Positions 23,401 to 39,600 of a stretch of 64,000 nt of DNA are shown one piece after another. The stretch covers positions 3,052,515-3,116,514 of the forward strand of contig CAJINV010000002.1 in assembly GCA_905178155.1 (NCBI GenBank). The letters run 5' to 3'. The notes under the pieces were generated by a model, which saw only the letters and a list, made by a program, of their open reading frames with translations, was not told where the DNA came from and did not search any database. Position 1 is the first letter of the stretch; each line of letters opens with the position of its first letter. The DNA comes from Amoebophrya sp. A120. Lineage: Eukaryota > Protista > Dinoflagellata. The position numbers were made by a program, and so were the translations under genes.

Positions 23401-24513
23401 GAATCAGAAATTTGCTCAGACGAGGAAGAGGAGGAGGAGGATTCCTCTGGGCTTGGGGCGGATTCGTCTGACGAGGAGGGATTTGTTCCGGGGATGAAGA
23501 CAGTGACAGGTCGTAACAAGGGAGAGAATAAAGCACCAGCCGCGTCATTTTCAGGTAGCAGTTATTCTACCGGGAAAAAACAACAAGCCCAAGCGAAAGA
23601 TCCCCATCTAGGCGGTGACACCTGTGGCGTCGCCACCACGACAACCTGTGGGCGAGAGTCTCTGGAGCTCGGAGACCCTCAAAACAGCTTTGCGGAGGAA
23701 CGAGTTGAGATGAAGCGCGCTACAGTGGAGGAAGAGGTGGAGAACAATACCAACAACAACGTGATCATAGATCAGTCCGAACTACAAAACAAATCAACGG
23801 GAGGTGGCACCGGCAGCAAAAGCAAAACCAAAACTGCAGCCTCGGGGCTAGAAGTTGTAGGTGACTCTACTGGTGATCTTCATCAAACGGGAGGAAACCG
23901 AAACATCAAGCAAGTAGAGCCAGCCACTGAAGAAATCTTGAAACCAACCTCTTCATCTACTTCAGTTGTCCCGACCCCACCGCCACCCAGAAACAGCGGC
24001 GGCCTTGGAGGAGGTCCAACATCCAGTATCAGCATGCGCCGCCCGAGTTCCATCGCCCGTCGGTTGTCTCTGGAAGCCACACCCTCGAGGACGATGGGGG
24101 CTGCGATGCATGCTGGAGGGTGGACAACAGCCACTGGAGTAACTACAGCCACGTCTTCTGTACAGAGGCAGTTCGGCTCTTTTTTCGTCTCCGGGAATAA
24201 GCATCGCAGTTTGGAAGACGGGTTCGGTGCCACGACTTCTATCGGGTTACAGCCGCTAACTGATCTTCAGAGCAAAAACTTGTTGTTGACAACCCCGGTC
24301 GACAATGTACAGCCAAAGAGAAGAGGCAGCATCCGGATCGAATTGGAGCAGCAAAGTGCTGGAGCAGGCTCCATTGCGCATAATTCGCATCACCAGCAAG
24401 ACCATTCGAGCTTTCAGAGCTTGATGGGCGGTAGCGGCGTTGGGAGTCAGAATACCTCAAAACAGGAACAAAAAGCGTACTTGTCGAAAATGATGGGGAA
24501 AGTGGGGTGCTGA
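17490..24513 (+). CDS. Large low-complexity (S/T/G/N-rich) hypothetical protein with 7 introners
   Basis: ORFs starting 17490, 19539, 20319, 21894 and 23191 join in frame after removing each element plus one DR. Confidence 0.75.
18534..18779. mobile_element. Introner family I, decayed (ends ATT)
   Basis: TATGCTAGAAGAAAACTGTG / CACAGTTTTTTCCTTGGATT; DR CGGTT/CAATT; frame restored. Confidence 0.65.
18947..19577. mobile_element. TAT..ATA element with 42-bp TIR nested inside an introner
   Basis: TIR TATGAGAGCGTTTGAGCAATTAATTTTT(T/C)CGCAATTCAAAAA, one mismatch; TSD ATTTA/ATTTA. Confidence 0.9.
19112..19407. mobile_element. MITE-like element with perfect 28-bp TIR and a central 18-bp hairpin
   Basis: GGGAGATTCCAACTTGAGCTAGCTAATT and its reverse complement; hairpin at 19243-19280. 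Confidence 0.8.
19817..19967. mobile_element. Introner family B with ATA>ACA end (GT-AG compatible)
   Basis: DR GCGGG/GCGGG. Confidence 0.85.
20013..20334. mobile_element. Introner family C-like
   Basis: TATCAAAAGGAAAAATCCCCCCTCCC / GGGAGGGGGGATGTTTCATTTTGATA; DR TGAGC/TGAGC. Confidence 0.9.
21298..21550. mobile_element. Introner family A
   Basis: DR CTATC/CTATC. Confidence 0.9.
21588..21894. mobile_element. Introner family G
   Basis: TATGGAAGCGTCAGGTTTGAAATCG / CGATTTCAACTCTGACACATCCATA; DR TGGGA/TGGGA. Confidence 0.9.
22972..23162. mobile_element. Introner family B, degenerate
   Basis: DR GAGCA/GAGAC; frame restored. Confidence 0.75.
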
Positions 24514-25560
24514 AATTAGTCGTGTTGCACAACTTCTAGCGAACAACTTCTACTCTTGAGTAGATGAAACGAAGATCGTATAAAGAAAACAACCGTAATA
24601 TCAAGAATGCTCGATTTCTAATAGTCTGTCCAGCTAGTCCTGATGCATCGTGTACAATTTGGAAATTTACTTTTGTTGTTGAATACATGAGGAAGATTGT
24701 GTACCAGAAAAAATTTTAAGAAACGCTGCAAGAAAAAAGAAAATCCGTATGATAATGATTCATGAAGTGAGTAAGTTTAAGTACAACCTGTTTGATTTCC
24801 AAGTGACAGTCAGTGCGACAGTTGACATTAGAGTCTGAATAATTTGAGATTGTTCTTTGACAAGAGATGTACCCATGAAATACAACTACCCATGATGAAA
24901 TACAACTTTTGTTTGGGACGGCAGGCACCATGATCTTTTGCTTTCACAGTTGTTAGTGTCATAGAAGAAAAAGGACTCGCACTCGGCAAGCTGGCGCAGG
25001 CGGTGCCGGTAGTGGTCTTGTCAATAGCTGCGACGAGGCATCATGCTGGTCGAGCAAAAAGGTCAATGGAGGCAACTGTGAATAGCGGTGTTCACTTAGT
25101 TGTTCTTCCCACCGGGAGTAGCAGATGTTGAAACAGCAGCTCCGTGTCTGATATTCCGGTACTTTGTAGTCGTTTGTAGTCCATTTCATTTTCAGAAAAA
25201 TAGGCTTCATCCGCGAAGCGAAGAGTAGACCGCAGCTGGTGTTTTTGCCATCAATTTTGTTGGCGTAGGATCCACTCGCTTCTTCAACGATTGCTCTTGG
25301 CGTCTCCAATCAGCCGCGTACAGAACTCACACAACATGATCATTTGCACGCTCGTTCGATTTCCCAAGCGCATTTATTTTCCTCTTTCCCTGATGTGTGA
25401 TGTAGCTTTTAGCTTTACGTTTACACCAACACCTTGCAAGCATTGGTTTTTTTCTCTGTAGTCTCCTGTCTTGTGCGCCGCCGGCGCTTGAGGAGCGAGT
25501 AGTTTTTCTACTCCGATAGAATTCAGATCGTAGCGCCCCCTGCAAGGCGCAGTTTTGTAT

Positions 25561-26263
25561 GTAGTGAGGTCACCGAACGGTTCTAACCGGGGAGTTTTTT
25601 TGACACCCAGACAGCAAAACGACCGGCAGTTTTCAAGCGGGCGAAAGTGTTTTTTGACGAAAAAAATTTGCACTTATCAAGCGGCCGGGGCTTTGTTGTC
25701 AAACAAGCCCGGTCGAAAACTATCGATTCGCACTTGATAAAACGACGCAGGGGAGCCGGCAAAAGGGGCGCCCTTCTGAGGCGCCCACCGCCTTGATTTC
25801 TGGCGATTTGGGGCGCCCAAAAAGGGGCGCGCAAAAAACGCGCCCAAAATCAGAACAGCGAAACAGCATGGCACGGCCGCGATTTCGGAGCATTTTGGGC
25901 GGCCGCGAAAGCGGCCGCCTTTTCGCCGGTTTTAGAGCCTGGGAAGCTTTGCAAAAAGCGCTGGCGAGAAATATAAAAACGCAAAAAAGAAAAAGCGCGC
26001 CAGACGCGCAAAGCCAATCCGCATGCTATGGGCCCGATTTTTCCTCGCTTTTTGGGCGCCCCCCGTGGCGCCAGGATCGGCCTCATAGCATGTGGGCTGG
26101 CTTTCGGAAAGGAATTTCGAAAATCTGCCAAAATTTGCGACGCTTATCAGGCGGCCGCCATACCGTGGGGCCCAACGTTACTCACGGCGGTATGGCGGGC
26201 CCAGAAAAATCAAAGCCGCGGCCAAGGCGACGGCCGGCAAGAAAACGCCCACGACCTCACTAC
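25561..26263. mobile_element. Possible non-autonomous element: GC-block/A-tract DNA bounded by an 11-bp inverted repeat
   Basis: GTAGTGAGGTC .. GACCTCACTAC; composition differs from the flanks; no TSD seen. Confidence 0.4.
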
Positions 26264-26502
26264 CTCCGCCTCGGCGGCTATACTTGGTAGTTTTCAATTT
26301 CACCTCATCTCAGTCATGTTTCCATACCTGTGCTTAGGTTCTTGTTTACCACTTGCTGCAGAATCTTCTAGATGATCGTCGAGACTGCACGGAAACAAGT
26401 CATTTGAAGCTCCCCGTCGTGAAAGTGAAAGTCATTTGATTCTGATGTGACGAGAGATATTTATTAGAACCAACATTTCCAGTAAGCACGAAAAAACATA
26501 CA

Positions 26503-29500
26503 ATGCCGGTCATCGTCCACACACTGGTGGACGCCGCGCCGGCGACGGACACAACCGGTCGCCAGTCCTCCGCGACGACTATGGAAGCGTCAGGATTGAA
26601 ATGGACAAAGTTGAAGTAAGTTCTCATGCATGAGTTGCAAGGCATGAAATGCCTCTCTTGCAGGGATGGCGAGTGAGGCCCACTGTCGTCCTGTTTGGGG
26701 TCTGCAATAGGGATGTTAAAGTAGCATGACAAAAGACGCCTTCTGTCCCTTAACAGCATGACAAATTGGATTTACTTCGTGCCGAGATTTGTCATGCACC
26801 GCTTACAAATTGGGCTTCCAACCGGTATCGATTTTATGCATTACAAGTTACCAGCCATGCCCCGGCTGACGCCGGGCCGCAAGGCTGTTGGGGCGGGGCA
26901 GGACTATTTGCGGATCGGGCCACAATGCCACAGGCCTAATATGCATAATGAAACACACTGGAGTCCTGCCGCCTGTTTGCGCGGCGCCAACCCGCGGGAC
27001 CACTTGCGCGCTTCCCGCGCCTGTGGGCGCTCTGCGCAGGGAGCAGCTGCAAAGGACACCGGGGGCGAACAGAAGCCGCCCGGCGCGGGAGGGTGGCGCG
27101 AGAGGGTTGCGCGAGAGGGTGCGCGAGAGGGTGGCGCGAGAGGGTGCGCGAGAGGGTTCGGGCCTATGCATGAAAAGGCCACAAAAGAATCATCCTCGTG
27201 CCGGGCGGATTCGGGTTTTTCTACCCCTCTCGCAGACCCTCTTTTTGACCTCTCCCGGGAGGTGTTGCTAATAATCCGGCTATACTCGCCGGTAGAGGTC
27301 TACAGAGGTGGCCGAGAGGTGGCCCAGAGGGTGCGCGAGAGGTTCGCCCTTATTCGCGCAACCTCTCGGCACCTCTGCCCCCCTCTCGCTTACCCTCTCC
27401 CGACCCTCTCGGCCACCTCCGTCCCCCATAGGCGCGGCTTTAGGGTGAACGGTTCGGCTGGCTATACCCGCGCCACCTCTCGGCCACCCCCTCGAATGAC
27501 CTCCCGCGCCACCTCTCCACCTCTGTCGACCTCTTTTGACCTCTTTTTGACCTCTCGGCCACCTCCCTTCGACCCTCTGTAGACCTCTTTTTTCGCATGA
27601 ATATAATAGATAGTAATAATTTCAACTTCGTCAATTTCAATCCTGACACTGCCATAGTGACCCTGCCCGCCTTACACGGCATCCAGCTGCCATGGATTGT
27701 CTCCGAGGAAGACGCGAGAAACGCCGCGGAGGCGCTCGGGTTGCAGTTTTCCAAAGACGAGAAGACAAACCCCGACGGGCTGTATTATGAGATGAGAAGG
27801 TATATGAAGAGGATAAAATGAGAACAATGAGAAATAAGACAAAGCATAGATCACGTGAGAACAGTTTTTATTTGAGTTCGTTCTACTTGCTCTCCATTAC
27901 CATTGATCATAGATGTGATACGCGTGCGTAAACAAACACAAACTCATCAAAGTACTATGCTTGCACAACTCAACATAATCCATGTCCAAACCAGGCCCGA
28001 TGGTACCGTAGTCGCGACCCTGAGCAAGATGGGCTACCAGAAATACTGTACTGCGTTGACGGCGCCGGCATTGCTGGAGCGAGCCACGTATCCTGTGCAA
28101 AAGTATCGTACTCGTAGTAATCGCAGTCATGCATTACAAATCTTCATGCCAAGGTAAAACAGCATTACAAATTCCATTTGTCATGCTGAGCTAATTTGTC
28201 ATGCGATTTCTACTAGTACGATACTTTTGCAGTTCATACCACGTCTCGTCCACCTGAATCGACCTCAACGAGCGTCGATCAGAACAACAACCCGGCGTTT
28301 CTGAAGTTTTTCATCGAGCTGATGAACGCGAAATTTCTGAACTTTCTACAAAACGAGGAGGAAACGAAGCTGGAAAAGATGCGGCACGAGACAAATCTGG
28401 CGAACTTCTTGATCGAAAACCAATGGCGCTGGAAGGGAACAACTTCTGGAACTGACAACTACACTGCTCCCCACACAGCATCTTCAAGTTGTAGCAACAC
28501 AGCCCGGTGGTCAAAGAAACCTCCACCCCCACCTCCGCTCAGTGTGATTGCCGCGGCGACCACGACGTCACCGATTGGAGGTGGTTCCCGAGGACGTGGT
28601 AGCAAAAATAAAGGCAGCTTTCAGCTCGATGAACAAGGACAAGAGCAGCAAAACAGAAGTTGTTCATCGGTTGATCTACATGATATTAACTATGATACCT
28701 CCAAGAGCCCGAAGTTGCAGAATCCGCTTGGGTTTGACAAGCCGTTGGATGCGCCGAGAATCACCATTCAGGATGTGGAAGAACAGTTGCGAGCCCAGGG
28801 CGTGCAGGATGGGGAGGTTGGAACTACTGGATCGTCGACTACGAAAGGGGGGGAAGTAGAACAGGAGGGCAGGAAGAAGACCAAGGAAGAGGTGGAGATG
28901 AATAAGGACGAGGCCGCGGTACTTTTATAGGCGAATTTGATGTAGGTTGTATACTAGTTGTGGACATATTAGCTTTGTACTACAAGTCTTGCGGGTTGCA
29001 GATTTCGAGTACAGTGATTTGCGTCATTTAGGATTTTTCCACCCACATCAACATTAATAATGACCACATCTTCGAGGACTTGTATTCAAATCTCAGGTCC
29101 GCTCCCGCAACCCCTTTGCCGACATGCCGATCGAGTCCGACGAAGAGAACTCCCGGAGGAGAAGTAAGGAAAACAACAGGGCAGGGAGTCCGTCAAATGT
29201 AGGGAATGCCACATCGAAACGGCGAAAACTCGACGTGCTGCCCGGAAGCCGCAACGACGACCCAGGCCCAGCACCATCTTCGAAAACAAATACAAACAAG
29301 CACAAAGATCTCGACAACCTTGGAGGTCCTACACTGTCCAAAAAATCCTCCCCGCAGGCTTCGGAAGAGGAGCTGGAGCAGCGCAATATCCAATGCAAAT
29401 ATGTCTAGGTCTGGAAGGTTGCAACTTGTGATGCTGTCTTTGGATTCTAAAAAAATCTGTATTGCATGACCAGCAAGACGAGGCGCCCAGGTTGCAGTAC

Positions 29501-31766
29501 GCGGAGAGCAGGGCATTTCTCATGCGGAATACGCATGATCCGGAAGCCTCCTAGATATCTGTGATGCTAGGTCATGCATTACAGGCATGGTGGGTCGTCA
29601 TGCAAAACATGCATGACAAACCGGGAAATGGAAATCTTCCAGACCCAGACATATTTGCAGTTCATACGCAGGAAGCAAAACCCATTCGCCATGGACGAGC
29701 CGGATTTTAACGACGATCTGGATGAAGACGAGTATTCGCTATCTTTCTCGAAATCGGTGGCAGGAGGACTTCCAGAGGACGACGATCGCGTGATCGAGGA
29801 GGAAAATAATTTGTCCGATCGGGATGAAAGAGAGGTGGTCGATCATTACGATTCGGACAACTACTCCGATGGAGATCATGATGATGATAAGGACGTCGAG
29901 CAGCTTTTGGACGACGTTATCGCGGAGGTACAAGATGTAAATGAACGCGAAGATGATGATGAAAAGAAAGACGCAGGGACTACTACAACTTCTGGTGCAG
30001 TCAAGACCTCCGGTCAAAACCATCAAGCCAAGAACCACAGCACAAATTCAACCAAAAAAAACCCAAATAGTAGCCGGCCTAATAACAAGGACAGGAAGAA
30101 GCAACGTTGGAAGGATCTGAAGGAAAAAAAGCGCAAGGAGAGGGCGGCACGAGAACAAAGAGAAGGCAGAGGAAACAGAGGCATGATGAACAAGGACGAG
30201 AATCTTCAAAATGCAAATGCGTCATCCTCGGCGGGTGCGATGAAGCTGCACAAGGAACAGAACCAGGACCGTGGGGGAGCGAGGCGCGATCTTCATAGGG
30301 CGGGCGACAGGAAGGACGTCACATACGACGATCTTCAGCGTAGTTCTGCAAATGCAAAAGGACATATCCACAGAAAAAAAAACCATCCCCATTCATTTTT
30401 TGCATGACAAACACAGGACTTCATGTATGTTTCTTTTGCGTGCCAATATTTGATGAAAATGAATCTTTTTTTGTGGATAGAAAGCGAGGCTGACGTACTT
30501 CCTGTGCGGAAAGGTAATGATAAGCCGGATAGAAGGGGAGGTGGAGACCACCAGAACAACAGGCGTGGCGGGCGGGATCACCCCGCTCGGGATCAAAGGG
30601 AGCCCCCGCGGGACCTCCGCGACAGAAACAATAATCGTGGCCGGAACGACACGGCTGACATCAACGACCGGAGCAAGAATCATGAAGGGCGGAACACCTC
30701 AGATCACAACAAGCACCACACGAAAGAACAAAGGGCGGAACAACAAAATCGAAATGCAGCCCAGGGGCGAAACTACACTGGTGGTAACCACGCTCACGCG
30801 AACACGACCAACACAAACACCCGGAGGAACAACGACCAACAAAACAGAAACGACAAGCATCAAAAGCAGGAACAACAGCAGCAGCCCGCTGTAGCAGCTG
30901 GTGCAAATCCGAATCAACAGCCGCGGGCACCCCTTCAAAGAGGCCGGAATGGAGCTTTTCGTGATACTGACCATGTCGGGGAACAAACCAGTGTCGGACC
31001 TTCATCGAAGTCGAACAACGGAGTTGCTGGTGGGAATAAAAACGCGAATCAGTCCAACGTTTCTGCTCCTGGTGCAGCGAATCATGTTGTCTCCGCGACC
31101 TCGACCTTCCCACAGATGAGTAAAAAAGCAAGCAGCTTTTCCGATTTTGTGAAAATCCGTGCCTCTTCCGGCGCGGGTGGACCGTCGCCCCGTGGTGGAG
31201 CAAATCCACTAGCGAGTACTAGCGGCACAACTAGTGTCGGTATTAATAACCCAGGAAGTTCCTTCTCGACGTTTCCTTCTTTTGGCAAGACCACAAACGC
31301 GCCGAGCGGGGGTGGAGGACAGATGAACAAGAATGCGAATGCGCATGGAGTGATGAACCAAAACCAGTCGAACAACAGGCAAGGTCAACAACAAAAGCAG
31401 AACCATCCGAACCAGAACCACGACACCCAGCAGCAGCAAAACAGGAGTCCGAAGCCTCCGAACAACCAAATCGGCCAGAACAACCAAGTTCCTGGCAATG
31501 CCACAGGGAAGAAGAAACGCAGGGGCGGCGAGAACAGAAATAACCGGAATCAACATCATGACCGTGAAGAGATAAATAAAAACTCGTCCAATCACCCTGC
31601 AAGTGCAAGAACCGGGGGACAAAACTACAACGATAGTACCAACAAGCAGCAGAACCACAAAAATCGTGGAGACCAGCATCACAGCAACCAGAATGCCCGG
31701 GGAGGTCCTGGCGGGAAGGATCAGAACCGAGGTGGCGGTCAGAATAATCAGCAGCGGAGACGGTAG
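26503..31766 (+). CDS. Hypothetical protein with an acidic middle and N/Q/R/G-rich disordered C-terminus; 4 introners and probable GT-AG introns 27800-27952 and 28919-29096
   Basis: ATG at 26503; exons join in frame through ORFs starting 27597, 27903, 28322, 29124, 29574 and 30423. Confidence 0.7.
26580..27656. mobile_element. Introner family G expanded by a ~0.77-kb GC-rich insert
   Basis: Ends match 21588-21894; DR ACGAC/GTGAC; frame restored (SATTLPAL). Confidence 0.85.
27083..27157 (+). repeat. GCGCGAGAGGGT 12-13-bp tandem repeat x6 inside the cargo
   Basis: Read directly; related CCTCTC-type inverted copies at about 27220-27590. Confidence 0.85.
28089..28238. mobile_element. Introner family B
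   Basis: DR CCACG/CCACG. Confidence 0.9.
29387..29666. mobile_element. Introner family A
   Basis: DR CGCAA/CGCAG. Confidence 0.88.
30365..30479. mobile_element. Introner family D
   Basis: TATCCACAGAAAAAAA / TTTTTTTGTGGATA; DR eroded; 115+5 nt keeps the frame. Confidence 0.75.
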
Positions 31767-32148
31767 GAATATCAATAAAATATGACGGGAGAGGAACCAC
31801 TTTTCTTTAGCTGCGTTTCTTCCGCTCATCGCCCGAGGTGCTGTCCGAGCTGGAAAACGAGACACAATTTGGCGGTCAGGATACTAGCACGAGTGGTTTC
31901 TGAATCAGAAGGTTTTGACGTATAAAAAAGATGAAAATTGTGGCACGTAGATGAAACTTTTCAGACAAGATAGCTCACACACTCAGACTCTAAAATCTCT
32001 TCGGGACAGCACTTCTTCTTATTCATCAATAACCTTCTCCGCGGGCACGAGGCTGCACGGCGATGCTCAAGCAGGCTGCGCGCATTGGCGCTGCAGCTGG
32101 CGTTCTTCGCTTTATCGCTTAAAACTACTAGTAGTAAAGAGTGAGATC

Positions 32149-35478
<3,330 letters not shown>

Positions 35479-36639
35479 AATTCTCATCATGACATGATCA
35501 CCGTGTTTCTGGCGTTTCTGGAATTCGAATTGCGCTGAAGAGACCCTGTGGCAGCTTCTCCCAAAGAAGGAGCTCATACCTCGCACGTACTAAAGTAAGA
35601 GATGGAACAAGATGTTTTACTGTAGAAAACAAGGCGTGTAGGTTTCACAATTGCGCCTGCACCGCCCATGCCCCCGCGCCATCAAAGCTTGTACTTGTTT
35701 TGATACGCAAAATGTATCAAACAAGATCAACGAACACTGGCACGCGCGCGCATTGCAAAATGAAAGAAAATGATCCTGCTGTGCCTTTCAGGCAAGTTGA
35801 AAACCATCAGATCGTTTTTTTTTGAAAAAACCTCTTGAAATTAAAAAATTAGTGTTCGAGTTCGTCGCGCAACATTTAGAGTTTTTTTTAGCCGCTAATT
35901 CCAATTGAAAGCAAGACGAAACTATAAATGTTAAAAGAGGTGAACGCAGGAGAGTTTGGTCCCGTTGCACAGCGCGCGCGCCGCTTGATGCTTTGCGAGT
36001 AGCATCCGCTACGCCCTAATATGGACCTATCGCTATCTCCTTTTGGTTAGGTGGTAGAACAAGAAGTAGATGTCTGCAAGTCGATGAACAACGTAATTCC
36101 GTACTAAGAAACAAGAAAATCGCCAGGGCCTGCGCCACATGTATTGCGCAGAGCACTTGAAGCACGAGTAGCACGAATTTTAACTACTACTAGACTACAG
36201 TACGTTTTCGTTTCATCTTCTGCTAAACTGCCCATTTGACATTGACTTGAAAGCATGCACCTCACAGCCAGCAGCGCCTGCTTATTCATAATACTGCCCC
36301 GCGAAGCTCAAGAGCTACAGAGAAACTAACCGCACGGTTGTACTAGCGAGCATTGAACATTTTGGCTTGCACCCCAGCTTTGCGCCTGTTCACACCTTGG
36401 CTTGCACGAGCACGCTACGATAATATCACAAACACACCCCGCGCTGCAACGAGAAGAAGTTTATCGCGCTGCGCCGCCGCCGCGCCGCCTGATAATAGAT
36501 ACGACTGCGACACACAGGTACACGAGATCGAGGTGCAGTTGCGCACCAGCATTTTCACCCAGCAGTGCCGTTTTGAAGACGGCGAAAAACAAGATGCCGA
36601 TGAGGAAGACAACAGTTGCTGGAGTGATAGACGTTCTAC

Positions 36640-39600
36640 TTGGGGACGACGATAATGATGCAGTGTCACAAAACATGCTGTTCAAGCAGCACTAGTTCTT
36701 CTACTTGCAGCACAACGACACTTTTGCAAGTTCCAGAGAGAAGTTTTAGAACACCATATCAACATCGTGATGTTCATCTTGTCCAGCACATCTTCACGAA
36801 TCAACAGAAATCTTGTTGCACTCCCGATCATGGCAGAGGCAGCAAGACCTGTCGTATGACTATCGTGCAAAATAAATTACGGGGTAATTATCCCATGCCT
36901 GCATTGCGACAAAAAAAGATGTTGTCACAAGCACAACAGGTCGACGGAGGTGTCGCGCAGCGGAAAAATTATCCGCTGCTAACTGCAAACTCCGCAGCGC
37001 TCCTGAGTAAGCCCTTGCTTGATGTCGACCAAGCAGGAGCCTCGCCAGAAACTAGACCACTTTTCTCGTCTACAAGCGACGATGCAAGAGCAGCGACCGA
37101 CTCAACCCGTTCCCGAATTTTCATCCGGGGCATCTGTTGCGCCTCTGAAGTCCCCATGTGCGAGCGGATTCTGTACGCCATGCCTTCCGTAACGTCCGTA
37201 AACATCTCCGTCCCCCTCCGGGAAGCGACCATCGAGCACAACGAGTACCTCGCGCCGGCCAAAACCCTGGTGGATGCGCTGAACGAAGCAAAGTTGGACG
37301 CGAGTTTACTCCGGAAGAAAAGGGGCAGTAACAAGCGGAATAAATCCAACGTGCAGTTGACCGAGGAGGAGAAGGAACAGGAGAGGGACCATGATGAATT
37401 TTTAGGAATTATCAGCACGACGACATCGACAAACACCAGTCAAAGTCAAAAGTCGTCAGTATTAACTTCTTCCTCTGCCGCAGAAGCCACGAGGATTCTG
37501 TCGCTTTTATTCTGGGGCGCGAAGCACGGGCCGATGAAGCTCTACTTAGCGATGGCGGCGTGGGGAGTTTTAGTGGTGGTGAAAGCGGGGCTTGTACCAC
37601 TATTAGTTGCTGATGAAGGAACATCAGGTACAAATACTAGTACAACGCCAACCCTTCTATTTTTCATCCAATACTTTTTCCCGCTTCTCGCTCTCCTCTA
37701 CGCCGCTTCCGACGTCTACAAACGGGCAATCGCGAGTTTCCCAACATCTCTGGGCATGTACAGCTTGCTGTCCATCTGCTCTCTTGGGTCCATCCCGCTG
37801 AACCAAGGCGAAGACGGGCTGTTACTCATCTTCCTATTCCTTCTCGCGGAGAACCTGCAGGCCCGCGTGGCGAAGGCGACGATGGAGGTGTTGGATGAGT
37901 CTCTGAGCTCGTCTTTGGGGCTTAATAGTTCTTCAAATGCCGATGATTCATCAAACACGCCGAAATACTTCGTGAACCAGGAAATCCAACTCCGGAAGGG
38001 CATGGCGATCCCCTGCGACGGGGTTTTGATCACAGAAGGGGTGAAAATTTTCGTCGATGAGTCGTTGTTGACCGGGGAAATGCGGCCAGTGGTGAAGGAA
38101 CTGAACTCCACAGAGAAGAAGTCCAGTAAGTTAATCGGTGGAACCATCGTTGTGTCGATCGGGGAGAAGATGAACAAGACCACTACTTCTTCCAGTCGTG
38201 CTAGTGCAACAGGAGCTACAACAGGAGGTACAAAGGACAGCATCACAAGTAAAACCGACAAAAGATCTACTTCGTCATCAAATAAAGGTGTCTACATGCG
38301 CATCACCTCCCCAAAATCCGCTTCCCAGTCGGAAAGGATACTGCAACTAGCAAGACAGAGCCTTTCCGAGAAGAACAACAGCCCGGCGATGGAGAAGTTT
38401 CTGAACTTCTACACACCGTTCGTTTTCCTCCTCGCGGTGGTGATTACGGGATTGAAGCTTCTCTACTCCGGATTGAATATTAACACGACTACAAATAATA
38501 TTAACCTCGTCCCTCAACTCGGCACCTTCTTTCTCACCTTCTTAGTCGGCGCCTGTCCCTGCGCGTTGATTCTCGCCGGTCCGTTGGCGTTTGTGTGCGG
38601 TACCGTCGCCGCGTCTAGACGGGAAATTTTGATCAAAGACCCCTATTCCTGCTTCGACCGGTTAGCGGGGATTAGTAAGATCTTCTACGACAAAACGGGC
38701 ACTTTAACGCAGGGGCGGTTTCAGATTTGCGACTTCCAGTTGGTTTGGACCCAGAATACCAAGCCGGGATTCCAATCGAAGCACGCGTACAGTTTGAAAG
38801 ACGTTTTGCAGTTGATTTATCTGATAGAATCGGAACAGACGAGCGTCCACCCTTTGGCGCTAGCGTTGACGCAATTCTGCAAACGGAGATTGGCGCTATT
38901 GGAGGAGGGGGATGATGGAAAGGATGCTACCGGCTACGGCCTCAACCACAACCAAATTATCGGGAAGAACAAGCAGTTCATGCTTTCCGAAGATGACAAC
39001 ATCGAGGTGCTGCGGGGCCGCGGGGTACAGGCGGAGGTGGACATTTCGATGTCTGGGACGGGGATCGACGCCTTCACAGCAAATGTCATGATCGGGAATT
39101 ACACACTTGCGAGAGAAAGAAATTGGCTGTTACCATCAAATAATACCTCGAGCTCGACGATGATGAACAATAATATGAACCAGCAACAAATATCAAACAG
39201 TTCTTCTACTTCTGCGCACAACTACCTGGGCAAGCTCTTTGTCGCAGTCGATGATGTGGTAATCGCCGAGTTCTCCGCTTTAGATCCTTTACGGGAAGAG
39301 GCCGGGACCGCATTGAAGTTTCTCGGAAAGGAGTTCAAAATCAACGGCACCATGCTCACGGGGGACCAAAAAGAGATCGCCGGGCAGATCGCGCAACAAC
39401 TGGTCAACAAAATTCAGCAGCCCTTCACGGTATTGCCGCAGTTGTCGCCATATGCACTGCAAAAGTATCGCACTAGCATAAATCGCATGACAAATGTCCT
39501 CAGCATGAGAAATGGAATTTGTGATGCGGATTTGACTTGACAAAAAAACTTGTAATGCATGATAGCGATTACTACGAGTGCGATACTTTTGCAATGCATA

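Noticed and set aside
26758-27582. 274-aa ORF inside the expanded introner as a possible transposase
   Set aside because: Low-complexity translation of the GAGAGGG/CCTCTC repeats; no catalytic motif.
36357-36370. CATTTTGGCT resembling a relic dinoflagellate spliced leader
   Set aside because: Only about 10 nt match; the CCGTAGC and CAAG flanks are absent.
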